Shown in pieces: positions 1 through 7,847 of a stretch of DNA of 29,984 nt (the first letter of the stretch is position 1; every line of letters begins with the position of its first letter). The DNA is taken from NCBI GenBank assembly GCA_014534295.1, contig JACVRU010000001.1:1-29984 (forward strand), given 5' to 3'. The notes under the pieces are model-generated. The model was not told the origin of the DNA, did no database searches, and saw only the letters and a list, made by a program, of their open reading frames with translations. Made by a program: the position numbers and the translations under genes. This stretch comes from Thermoleophilia bacterium (GTDB taxonomy: Bacteria > Actinomycetota > Thermoleophilia > Gaiellales > Gaiellaceae).

Positions 1-1
1 C

Positions 2-178
2 CCGCGGCTCGCTCCCGGGGCGGACCCGGACGACGTGCGGAGCGCCGTGGCCGGGCGCGGCGAGGCGGTGGTCGTCGTCGGGCACCAGCCGGACTGCGGC
101 CGCGTCGCCGCGGCGCTCGCTGGCGGGCCGGAGCCGGCCTTCCCGCCCGCGGGGCTGGTCGAGGTCGACGTCACTTGA
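2..178 (+). CDS. C-terminal part of a SixA-like histidine phosphatase (5' end outside window)
   Basis: Open frame from base 2 reads PRLAPGADPDDVRSAVAGRGEAVVVVGHQPDCGRVAAALAGG...VEVDVT*. The hydrophobic-VGHQP motif fits the SixA/histidine phosphatase C-terminal region. The TGA at 176-178 overlaps the TTG start of the next gene. Confidence 0.6.
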   Translation, partial: PRLAPGADPDDVRSAVAGRGEAVVVVGHQPDCGRVAAALAGGPEPAFPPAGLVEVDVT

Positions 179-1029
179 CGGCGATCAGGGTCCGCGACCT
201 ACGCAAGCGCTACGGCCAGGTCGAGGCGTTGCGCGGGATCAGCTTCGAGATCGAGGAAGGCGAGGTCTTCGGGCTGCTCGGCCCCAACGGCGCGGGGAAG
301 ACGACCACGGTCGAGATCCTGGAGGGCTACCGGCGGAGAGACGGCGGCTCCGTCGACGTGCTCGGCCACGACCCGCAGCGCGCGGAGCGTGCCTTCCGCG
401 AGCGCATCGGCGTCGTCCTGCAGCACTCGGAGATGTGGCCGAACCTGACGGTCGCCGAGACGCTCCGCGTGTTCGCCGGCTACTACCGCCGGTCGCGCGA
501 CGTCGGCGAGACGATCGCGCTCGTCGGCCTCGGCCACAAGCGGGACGACCGCATCAAGACGCTCTCCGGGGGGCAGAAGCGCCGCCTCGACCTGGCGCTG
601 GCGCTCGTCGGCGACCCCGAGCTCGTCTTCCTCGACGAGCCGACCACCGGCTTCGATCCTCAGGCCCGCCGTGCGGCCTGGGAGATGGTCCGGGGGCTCC
701 GATCGCTGGGCAAGACGATCCTCCTGACGACGCACTACCTCGACGAGGCGCAGCAGCTCGCCGACCGGCTCGCGGTGCTCCGGGACGGCGAGATCGTCAC
801 GATCGGGACGCCCGGCGAGCTCGTCGACGCCTCGGGGCCCACCGAGATCCGCTACCGCCTGGACGGCGAGCTCACCCTGCTCCGCACGGACGAGCCGACC
901 CGGGCGCTCCACGAGCTGACGGGCCGAGCGCTCACAGAGGGCCGCGAGCTCCGCGATCTCGAGGTGCGGCGGGCGTCCCTGGAGGACGTGTACCTCGAGC
1001 TGCTCCGCGAGGAGGAGGCGCCCGAGTGA
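175..1029 (+). CDS. ABC-2/DrrA-type exporter ATP-binding subunit
   Basis: Walker A GPNGAGKT, signature LSGGQ, Walker B LVFLDEPT, H-loop TTHY, C-terminal SLEDVYL. Confidence 0.95.
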   Translation: MTAIRVRDLRKRYGQVEALRGISFEIEEGEVFGLLGPNGAGKTTTVEILEGYRRRDGGSVDVLGHDPQRAERAFRERIGVVLQHSEMWPNLTVAETLRVFAGYYRRSRDVGETIALVGLGHKRDDRIKTLSGGQKRRLDLALALVGDPELVFLDEPTTGFDPQARRAAWEMVRGLRSLGKTILLTTHYLDEAQQLADRLAVLRDGEIVTIGTPGELVDASGPTEIRYRLDGELTLLRTDEPTRALHELTGRALTEGRELRDLEVRRASLEDVYLELLREEEAPE

Positions 1030-1772
1030 GGCTCTTCCTGCACCAGCTCCGGGCCGACCAGCTCGTCTTCTGGCGGAACCGCGAGAGCGCGATCTTCGTC
1101 TACCTCTTCCCCGTGCTCCTGTTCCTCCTGCTGGGGACGGTGTACGGCGGCACGTACGAGGGTCGTCCCGTCGTCGACTACCTCGTGGCGAGCCTGATCG
1201 CCTACGGGGTCGCGAACACCGCCTTCGGCGGCCTGGCGATCATGCTCGTCGTGCGCCGCGAGCTCGGGATCCTGAAGCGGATCCGCTCGACCCCCCTGCC
1301 GGCGGCGACGTACGTGGCCGCCGCCCTCGCCTCGATCGTCGTCGTGTTCCTGCTCCAGACCGCGACCATCCTGCTGCTCGGCAAACTCGTCTACGACGCC
1401 GCCTGGCCCGACGACTGGCTCTCGGTGGCGCTCGCGGTGGGGGTCGGCGCGGCCGCGTTCTGCGCGCTCGGCCTCGCCGCAGCGGCGCTGATCCGGTCGT
1501 CCGAGGGCGCGGCCGCGGTCGTGAACGTGATCATCCTGCCGATGACGTTCCTCTCCGGCGGCTTCGGCCCCACGCGCGACTTCCCCGACTTCCTCCAGAG
1601 GATCGCGGACGTCCTCCCGCTGACGTACTTCGTCGAGCTGATCGTGGGGATCTTCGTCCACGGCGAGGCCCTCTGGGCGAAGCCGGGGACGATCGCCGTG
1701 CTCGTGCTTTGGGGGCTGATCGGCGCCGCGATCGCGGTCCGCCGCTTTCGCTGGGAGCCGCGGTTGGGTTGA
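1026..1772 (+). CDS. ABC-2 type exporter permease
   Basis: GTG at 1026 overlaps the upstream TGA (GTGA). About 6 hydrophobic segments, RRELGILKRIRSTPL motif and P-L-T-Y motif near the C-terminus. The ORF-track start at 435 is an over-extension. Confidence 0.9.
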   Translation: MRLFLHQLRADQLVFWRNRESAIFVYLFPVLLFLLLGTVYGGTYEGRPVVDYLVASLIAYGVANTAFGGLAIMLVVRRELGILKRIRSTPLPAATYVAAALASIVVVFLLQTATILLLGKLVYDAAWPDDWLSVALAVGVGAAAFCALGLAAAALIRSSEGAAAVVNVIILPMTFLSGGFGPTRDFPDFLQRIADVLPLTYFVELIVGIFVHGEALWAKPGTIAVLVLWGLIGAAIAVRRFRWEPRLG

Positions 1773-1796
1773 GGCGCCTCGGGGAAGGAGGCCGAC

Positions 1797-2117
1797 GTGC
1801 TCGACTCCTCGACGGTCTTCGTGTCCCCCGGCACGGCCTCCGACTACGAGGTCCGCGTCAACTTCGGGATGCTCGCCGGCCGGGAGGCGACGCGGGCCGA
1901 GCTCGACGACCTGATCCGGGAGCTGGTGCCGCTGCTCGGCTCGGTCGCGGTCGTCGCCGAGCGCCGCCAGGAGGCCGACGACCACGCGGAGGTCGAGCTG
2001 CACCAGGTGCGGATCGACCTGGCCGCGGACGACCCGCTCGAGGACGTCGTCGTGATCGCCGAGCGCTGGGCGCAGGCGTGCTTCGAGTCGAGGCACGCCG
2101 AGGTCAGCGAGCCGTAG
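1797..2117 (+). CDS. Hypothetical protein (106 aa)
   Basis: SD GGAAGGAGG 5 nt before the GTG, GC-rich third positions, globular acidic sequence. No family I can name. Confidence 0.75.
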   Translation: MLDSSTVFVSPGTASDYEVRVNFGMLAGREATRAELDDLIRELVPLLGSVAVVAERRQEADDHAEVELHQVRIDLAADDPLEDVVVIAERWAQACFESRHAEVSEP

Positions 2118-2782
2118 GGCGCACCCGGGTTCTCGGAGCGGGCCCCGCGCTGGTCCTCGTCCACGGGCTCGGCGTCTCCGGGCGTTACCTGCTGCCGACC
2201 GCACGGGCGCTCGTGGCAGACCGGACCTCGTACGTCCCCGACCTCGACGAGCTCACGGTCCGGCAGCGGGCGGACGAGCTCGAGCGACTGCTCGGCCGGC
2301 TCGGGCTCGAGCGGCCGCCGCTGCTCGGGAACTCGATGGGCTGCCAGGTGCTCGTCGACCTGGCCGCCCGCCGGCCGCACCGCGTCGGGCCCCTGATCCT
2401 CGTCGGCCCGACCACCGACCCCGGCCGGCGCACCTTCGCGCAGCAGGCGCTAGCGCTCCTCCGAGACTGGCTGAGCGAGCTCGCCCTCACGCCGGTGGCG
2501 GTGCGCGACTACGCCGCCTTCGGGCCCCTCCGGTTCCTGCGCGCCGCCCGGCTGCTCCTCGAGGACCGCCCTGAGGACAAGCTGCCGCACGTCCAGGCGC
2601 CGGTGCTGGTCGTGCGCGGCGAGCGGGACGGCCTCGTCGGCCGGGCGTGGGCCCAGGAGGCGGCGCGGCTCGCGCCGCACGGGCGCTTCGTGGAAGTGCC
2701 GCGCTGCGCGCACGCGGTGAACTACACCGCGCCCGAGGCGCTAGCGCGCCTGACCCTCGACTTCCTCCAGGAAGTCGAGTAG
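2078..2782 (+). CDS. Alpha/beta-fold hydrolase (start uncertain)
   Basis: LVLVHGLG oxyanion motif, nucleophile elbow GNSMG, acid region VVRGERD, catalytic His in HAVN. The nearest in-frame start upstream of the domain is GTG 2078. Confidence 0.8.
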   Translation: MLRVEARRGQRAVGRTRVLGAGPALVLVHGLGVSGRYLLPTARALVADRTSYVPDLDELTVRQRADELERLLGRLGLERPPLLGNSMGCQVLVDLAARRPHRVGPLILVGPTTDPGRRTFAQQALALLRDWLSELALTPVAVRDYAAFGPLRFLRAARLLLEDRPEDKLPHVQAPVLVVRGERDGLVGRAWAQEAARLAPHGRFVEVPRCAHAVNYTAPEALARLTLDFLQEVE

Positions 2783-3343
2783 CAGCTTCGCCAGCGCCTC
2801 CGGCCGCTCCCACATCGGCACGTGTCCGGCGCCGCGAACGGTCACGCTGCGCGCGTCCACGGGGCGGGCCGGGCAGACGCGGTCGCGCTCGCCCCACACC
2901 ACGAGCACGGGGGCCTGGACCTCCGACAGGTCCAGGCCGCCGCCGAGGGCGAGCCGCGCCCCGGCGACGAACGAGCGCGGCCGGTACCGGAGCAGGTTGC
3001 GGCCGACCGAGGGCAGGAACGCGGGCCCTGCGAGGCGCAAGGCGGAAACGAGCGGGGGTCCGAGCCGCAGGACGCCGCGCGCGGGGGGCAGTCCGGCCGG
3101 GGCGACGAGGACGAGCGCGCCGACCGGCGAGCGCGAGGCCACCCGGGCTGCATAGAGGGCGCCGAGCGAGTGGCCCACCAGCGCGGGTCGGTCGAGGTCG
3201 ACGACGAGCTGCTCGAGCCACTTCTCGGGCTCCCGCCGCGGCAGGTCGACCGCCCTGACGGCGTGCCGCGCGGCGAGCGTCGGAACGACCCGGTCCCACC
3301 AGCCGGCCGAGCCGATGAGGCCGTGGACGAGGACGACGTCCAT
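2741..3343 (-). CDS. Alpha/beta-fold hydrolase
   Basis: VVLVHGLIG, GHSLG elbow, VVWGERD, GHVPM. ATG at 3343 overlaps the tag stop (TGATG). Confidence 0.88.
   Translation of the reverse strand: MDVVLVHGLIGSAGWWDRVVPTLAARHAVRAVDLPRREPEKWLEQLVVDLDRPALVGHSLGALYAARVASRSPVGALVLVAPAGLPPARGVLRLGPPLVSALRLAGPAFLPSVGRNLLRYRPRSFVAGARLALGGGLDLSEVQAPVLVVWGERDRVCPARPVDARSVTVRGAGHVPMWERPEALAKLLLDFLEEVEGQAR
2756..2779. repeat. Palindrome in the overlap of the two convergent hydrolase genes
   Basis: CTCGACTTCC-TCCA-GGAAGTCGAG is a perfect 10-bp stem, with imperfect outer arms around 2733-2746 and 2789-2803. Confidence 0.9.
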
Positions 3344-3885
3344 CAGCGCGCGCGGAAGCAGGCGGCGACGTGGTCGTCGACGAGGCCCGCCGCCTGCATG
3401 AGCGCGTAGCAGGTCGTGGGGCCGACGAAGCGGAAGCCGCGCCGTTTCAGCTCCTTGCTCAGCGCCCGCGACTCGCCCGTCTCGGCCGGGAGCTCCGCGA
3501 GCGAGCGCGGCCGGTTCACCCTCGGCTCGCCGCCGACCGCGCTCCAGAGCAGGTCCTCGAGCGGCACGTCGAGGGCGAGGATCGCGCGGGCGTTCGAGAT
3601 CGTCGACTCGATCTTCGCGCGGTTGCGGACGATGCCCGCGTCCGCGAGCAGACGCTCCACGTCGCGGTCGCCGAACCGGGCGACGCGCTCCGCGTCGAAG
3701 CCCTCGAATGCGCGTCGGTAGCCCTCCCGCTTCCGCAGGATCGTCGCCCAGGAGAGGCCGGCCTGCGCGCCCTCGAGCGTCAGGAGCTCGAACAGGTGGC
3801 GCGGGTCGCGCGACGGCGTGCCCCCCTCCTCGTCGTGGTACGCGACCATCAGCGGGTCGCTGCCCGCCCACTCGCACCGGCTCAC
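3343..3885 (-). CDS. tag: DNA-3-methyladenine glycosylase I
   Basis: CxW...YHD, LEGAQAGLSW, IVRNRAKI, FRFVGPTTCYALMQAAG, and a terminal DH...C zinc ligand pair. GTG start overlaps the upstream TGA. Confidence 0.95.
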   Translation of the reverse strand: MSRCEWAGSDPLMVAYHDEEGGTPSRDPRHLFELLTLEGAQAGLSWATILRKREGYRRAFEGFDAERVARFGDRDVERLLADAGIVRNRAKIESTISNARAILALDVPLEDLLWSAVGGEPRVNRPRSLAELPAETGESRALSKELKRRGFRFVGPTTCYALMQAAGLVDDHVAACFRAR

Positions 3886-5729
3886 CTCGCGAGGGCTCGT
3901 GCCAGGATCTCCTCGACGACCTCCGACTTGGCGTCAGCGTAATGCTGGACGTAGCGCCACGTCCGCGCGGCGAGGTCGCGCTTCGTCCGCAGGTACAGCT
4001 CGCGGTCGGCGACGTCGGCGCGTAGGTGGTCGCGGAAGGCGAGCATTCGCTCGATCTCGGCCGAGCCGGCGGTGAAGACGTGCAGGTTCACGTCGGTGTC
4101 GGGCCCCTTGAAGGCGCGGTGCTCGAACCAGTCGGGCTCGCGGATGCGAAGCACGTAGCCCGCGGCCTCGAGCTGCGGCGCGTAGGACGGCTCGTCCGCG
4201 GAGTCCTCGACCGCGAGCACGATGTCGACGATCGGCTTCGCCGGCAGTCCGGGCACCGAGGTCGAGCCGACGTGCTCGACGAGCAACGCCCGCCCGCCGA
4301 GCGCCGCGCGGATCCGCTCCTCCTCGCACGCGTAGAGCTCGGGCCAGCGCGGGTCGTACTCGGCGAGGACGACCTCTCCGTCCAGCGGCTTCGGGTCGCC
4401 GATCCAGGCTCCGGCCAGGTTCGCCTCCCGCAGACGCTCCACCGCGGCGAGGAGGTTGACGCGGCCGGCGCCGAACGTGGCGACGTAGGCGGAGACCGTC
4501 GGCGGCCGCCACGCCGGTACGCCCGTCTCGACGACGACAGCGTCGGGATGCGCCTCGGCGAGAGCCCGCTGCTCCGGATGCCGGTGGGCGTCGCGGAGCA
4601 CGACCACGTGACGGCCCTGGGCGCCGACTCGGGGGATCAGCGCGCCGAGCGACGAGGGCACGTCGCCGGCCACGATCGTCGGCTCCGCCGACGCCTCCAC
4701 GACGACCGGCGGCCAGGAGACGTAGGGCTCGCCCTCGACGAGGAGCGCCCGGCGCGCGGCCTCGAGCCCGACCGTGCGGTCCTCGGTCGCCGTTCCCGCG
4801 ACGCGGACGCCCGCCACCCGCGCCGCCGCCTCGGCGAGCCGCTCCTCCGGCACCCGCTCCTCGAGGGCCCGCATCACCTCCTCGATCACGTCATCGCCGA
4901 GGTCGTGGCCCAGGCAGACTGCGTCCGCGCCGGCCGTGACCGCTCTGACCGCGGCCTCGCCCACGCCGGTCGTGGCGCTGATCGCCGCCATCTCGAGCGC
5001 GTCGGTGACGACGAGCCCGCCGAAGCCGAGCTCTTCCCTGAGGAGGTCGTGGAGCACGTGGCTGCTGAGGGTCGCCGGCGCGTCGTCGAGTGACCGGACG
5101 ACGAGGTGGGCGCTCATGATCGCGCGGACGCCCGCGTCGATCGCGGCCCGGAAGGGCAGCAGCGCCTCCGGGCGGAGGTCCTCGACGACCGGTAGCGCCA
5201 CGTGCGAGTCCTCGGCTGCTTCCCCGTGGCCGGGGAAGTGCTTCGCGCAGGCGGCCACCCCGGCGGCCTGGAGCCCCGTCACGAACGCGGCCACGTGCCG
5301 CGCGACGAGCTCCGGCTCGGAGCCGAACGAGCGCACGCCGACGATCGGGCTCGCCGGGTTCGCGAGCAGGTCGGCGACCGGCGCGAGGTCGAGGTCGATG
5401 CCGGCCGTCCGCAGGTCGGAGCCGAGGGCAGTCGCGACGCGGCGGGTGAGCTCGACGTCGTCGAACGTGCCGAGAGCCAGGTTGCCGGGATACGAGCTTC
5501 CCGTCGCCGCCTCGAGCCGCGTGACGTCCCCGCCCTCCTCGTGGACCGCCACGACCACCGCCGGGTTCTCGCCCCGCAGCGCAGCCGTCAGCCCGGCGAC
5601 CTGCTCCGCGTCGGCCACGTTCCAAGCGAAGAGGACTACTCCGCCCAGCCCCTCCTGGAGCCGCCGCCGCAGCCAGTCGGGCGGCTCGGGCCCCGGGAAG
5701 CCGGCGAAGACGCAGGCAGCGGCGTTCAC
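3882..5729 (-). CDS. GH3 beta-N-acetylhexosaminidase-like (NagZ-type) domain fused in frame to a C-terminal GrpB/UPF0157 domain
   Basis: GH3 motifs RSFG, KHFPGHG, DSH and TDALEM. Then, with no stop, YDPRWP...EHVGSTSVPGLPAKPIVDI...NLHVF...FRDHLR, typical of GrpB. Start taken at GTG 5729; 5756 is possible. Confidence 0.85.
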   Translation of the reverse strand: MNAAACVFAGFPGPEPPDWLRRRLQEGLGGVVLFAWNVADAEQVAGLTAALRGENPAVVVAVHEEGGDVTRLEAATGSSYPGNLALGTFDDVELTRRVATALGSDLRTAGIDLDLAPVADLLANPASPIVGVRSFGSEPELVARHVAAFVTGLQAAGVAACAKHFPGHGEAAEDSHVALPVVEDLRPEALLPFRAAIDAGVRAIMSAHLVVRSLDDAPATLSSHVLHDLLREELGFGGLVVTDALEMAAISATTGVGEAAVRAVTAGADAVCLGHDLGDDVIEEVMRALEERVPEERLAEAAARVAGVRVAGTATEDRTVGLEAARRALLVEGEPYVSWPPVVVEASAEPTIVAGDVPSSLGALIPRVGAQGRHVVVLRDAHRHPEQRALAEAHPDAVVVETGVPAWRPPTVSAYVATFGAGRVNLLAAVERLREANLAGAWIGDPKPLDGEVVLAEYDPRWPELYACEEERIRAALGGRALLVEHVGSTSVPGLPAKPIVDIVLAVEDSADEPSYAPQLEAAGYVLRIREPDWFEHRAFKGPDTDVNLHVFTAGSAEIERMLAFRDHLRADVADRELYLRTKRDLAARTWRYVQHYADAKSEVVEEILARALAR

Positions 5730-5769
5730 TGGGCGGCTCGGCGAAATGCGGGGCACTTCGCGGGGTCGA

Positions 5770-6001
5770 TCACGCCTTGACGGCCCCGGCGGTGAGCCCG
5801 AACGCGATCTTCCGCTGCACGAGCACGAAGAAGATCACAACGGGGCATCGCGATCATCGTCGAGCCGGCCATCAGCCCTCCCCACCCGAGGTTCCGGCTC
5901 GTCCCGAGCAAGCACGACAGCCAGACGGTGGCCGTCTGCTGCGACTGGTCGTTCATGAGCACCTAGGCGAAGATGAACTCGTTCCAGGCCGTGATGGCGA
6001 C
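5770..6001 (-). pseudogene. 3' remnant of a carbohydrate ABC permease (MalG-like)
   Basis: Reads VAITAWNEFIFA*VLMNDQSQQTATVWLS...WGGLMAGSTMIAMP [frameshift near 5843] VVIFFVLVQRKIAFGLTAGAVKA*. In-frame TAG at 5965-5963; 5' portion missing. Confidence 0.85.
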
Positions 6002-6443
6002 CAAGACCTACCTGAACCAGCTCGCCGCCCTGGGGCTCCGCGCGGCTCACGCGGCCGGCCGCGGCGCCGGGTTCTGCGACCAGCTCCGCGCCGTGGCGGC
6101 CCCGATCGGGCCGCTCGTCGAGCGGCTGGAGGGCGGCTGCCGGAGCTCGCGCTTCCGTTCGGGTTCGTCGGACGGAGTTCGTGATCGGCCGCGGGCCCCC
6201 AGTTCGCCACCGCGCGGGAGATCGCGCTCAAGCTCCTCGAGACCGGCTGGATCGCGGCCGAGCGGCTGACGGCGACGGACCTCGCCCACGGGCCTGTCCC
6301 CGTCCCGACGGCACCGTCCCCCCTCGTCTCGCCCCTGCTCTCGGTCGTCCCGGGCCAGCTCTTCGCCTGGGCGGTCGCCCGCGCGAAGGGCCTCGACCCG
6401 GACCGGCCCAACAGGGCTCGAGAAGGTCACGCTCGCCCTTTAG
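5997..6443 (+). pseudogene. Degraded SIS-domain (GlmS-isomerase-like) amino-sugar phosphate enzyme fragment
   Basis: Across several frames: ATKTYLNQLAAL...ELALPFGFVGR / FVIGRGP / QFATAREIALKLLE...TDLAHGP [internal deletion] SPLLSVVPGQLFAWAVARAKGLDPDRP / GLEKVTLAL*. N-terminus absent, at least 3 frameshifts. Confidence 0.8.
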
Positions 6444-7396
6444 CCCCTCCGCCAGGAGGGCTCGCTTCCTGGCCCCACGCGGCGCGCTCCCCTGCCGTCG
6501 GCGCGGACCACCCAGATCTCCACGCGACCGTCCGCAGACAGGCGGGTGAACGCGATGAGGCGGCCGTCGGGGGAGTAGCGCGGGTGGAACTCGTCGCTGC
6601 GCGGAAGGTCGAGGAGGACGCGCTGACCCCGGCCGTCGGCTCGCATCGTCCACAGCGCCCCGCCGCCGCTGCGGTTGCTCGTGAACACGATCGTCCTCCC
6701 GTCGGGCGACCAGTCGGGCATGCCGTCGTCCCCGAGGACCTCAACGCCGCCGGCCGTCCGCGTGAGCCTACGCAGGCCGGTGCCGTCCGGCCGGATCGAG
6801 TAGAGCTCCGGATTCTCCGGCGTCGGGCCCGCGCTCGAGAAGACGATGCGGTCGCCGGCGGGCGACCAGGCGGGGCCGAAGCTCCCCTGGTTCGGCCGCC
6901 CGAGTCGGGTGACGCGGAGGACGCCGCTGCCGTCGGCGTTCGCGACGTAGATGTCGAACGCACCCGAGCGGTCGCTGGTGAATGCAATCCGCCGGCCGTC
7001 CGGCGACCACGAGGGCGTCAGCTCCTCGGCCCGGTGGCGGGTCAGCCGCCTGAGGCCGGTGCCGTCGGCGCGCATGGCGTAGAGCTCAGCATTGCCGTGC
7101 CGGTAGCCGACGAACATCAGCTGCGCGCCGTCGGGCGACCAGGCGGGGGCGTACTCGTGGGCGGGCGACCGGGTCAGGTTGCGCAGCCCGGTGCCGTCAC
7201 TGCGGGCGACGTAGATCTCCCGGCCGCGCTCGAAGGCGAGCTCGGCCGGCGTGGGCACTGCGGCGCCGGCCAGGACGGGAAGGCGCCATAGGACGCCCGC
7301 CGCGAGCACGAGGGCCGCGGCGGCCAAGCCGAGCGCAGCCAGGAAGAGCCCGCGGCTGGCTCGGCGGAGGCGAGCGATCTCGAGGTCAGTGGGCAC
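6440..7396 (-). CDS. PD40/TolB-like six-bladed beta-propeller protein with N-terminal hydrophobic anchor or signal
   Basis: SD AAGGAGG before the GTG. Six repeats: PAWSPDG, PSWSPDG, PAWSPAG, PDWSPDG, PRYSPDG, PSWRRG. Confidence 0.9.
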   Translation of the reverse strand: MPTDLEIARLRRASRGLFLAALGLAAAALVLAAGVLWRLPVLAGAAVPTPAELAFERGREIYVARSDGTGLRNLTRSPAHEYAPAWSPDGAQLMFVGYRHGNAELYAMRADGTGLRRLTRHRAEELTPSWSPDGRRIAFTSDRSGAFDIYVANADGSGVLRVTRLGRPNQGSFGPAWSPAGDRIVFSSAGPTPENPELYSIRPDGTGLRRLTRTAGGVEVLGDDGMPDWSPDGRTIVFTSNRSGGGALWTMRADGRGQRVLLDLPRSDEFHPRYSPDGRLIAFTRLSADGRVEIWVVRADGRGARRVGPGSEPSWRRG

Positions 7397-7420
7397 GGTG
7401 GGTCCTCCTTGGGACGGGGG

Positions 7421-7788
7421 TCAGCGGACGAGGAGCTCGGAGACAGTGACGGCGCGCAGGTTCCTCCGAGCGAGTTCCCGCAGGAGCCAGTCGAGCGCCT
7501 CGAGGGTCGCGCGGCCGTGGTCGTGGAAAAGGACGATCCCGCCGGGGCCAGCTGGCTGCGGATCCGGGCGATCAGCCGGTCCGCGGTCGGGTGGCGCCAA
7601 TCCTCCCGTGTCGACGCTCCAGAGGATCTGGCGCAGCCCGAGCTGGCGATCGCGTCGCCAGGCCCGTCGCGGAGCCCGCACGGGGGGCTGGAAGAGTATG
7701 GGCCGGGTGCCGGTGGTGCGCTGGATGCGGTCGACCTCGGCTCGGCGGCGAGGAGGGCGGCGGCGAGCGCTCTCGTTCGCTTCGGCAT
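7421..7788 (-). pseudogene. Internally deleted, frameshifted NodB-type polysaccharide deacetylase
   Basis: Signal-like MPKRTRALAAALLAA joins directly to AEVDRIQRTTGTRPILFQPP...ILWSVDT / EDWRHPTADRLIARIRSQLAP / GGIVLFHDHG...TVSELLVR*. The catalytic TFDDG and HxxxH region is missing. Confidence 0.8.
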
Positions 7789-7841
7789 GCCCGTAGCCTC
7801 GCGCCGCGCGGACGCGATCGAATCGGGCGGGTGCCTAGGAC
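7789..7841 (-). promoter_or_regulatory. Putative activator box plus -10 element of a leaderless promoter (copy 1)
   Basis: On the minus strand: GTCCTAGGCACCCGCCCGATTCGA, then 29 nt ending GAGGCT-ACGGGC, then ATG. Matches copy 2 in sequence and spacing. Confidence 0.5.
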
Positions 7842-7847
7842 CGGTGG

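Noticed and set aside
852-2204. 450-aa minus-strand ORF and similar long shadow ORFs (e.g. 4026..5093, 7965..8837, 8841..10685, 20949..22457, 24535..26436, 26459..27679, 28980..29921)
   Set aside because: Antisense to well-supported genes and without motifs. Stop-poor shadow frames are expected at this GC content.
6440-7396. Calling the PD40 proteins tolB
   Set aside because: No TolB N-terminal domain and no tolQRA/pal genes nearby. The host appears actinobacterial.
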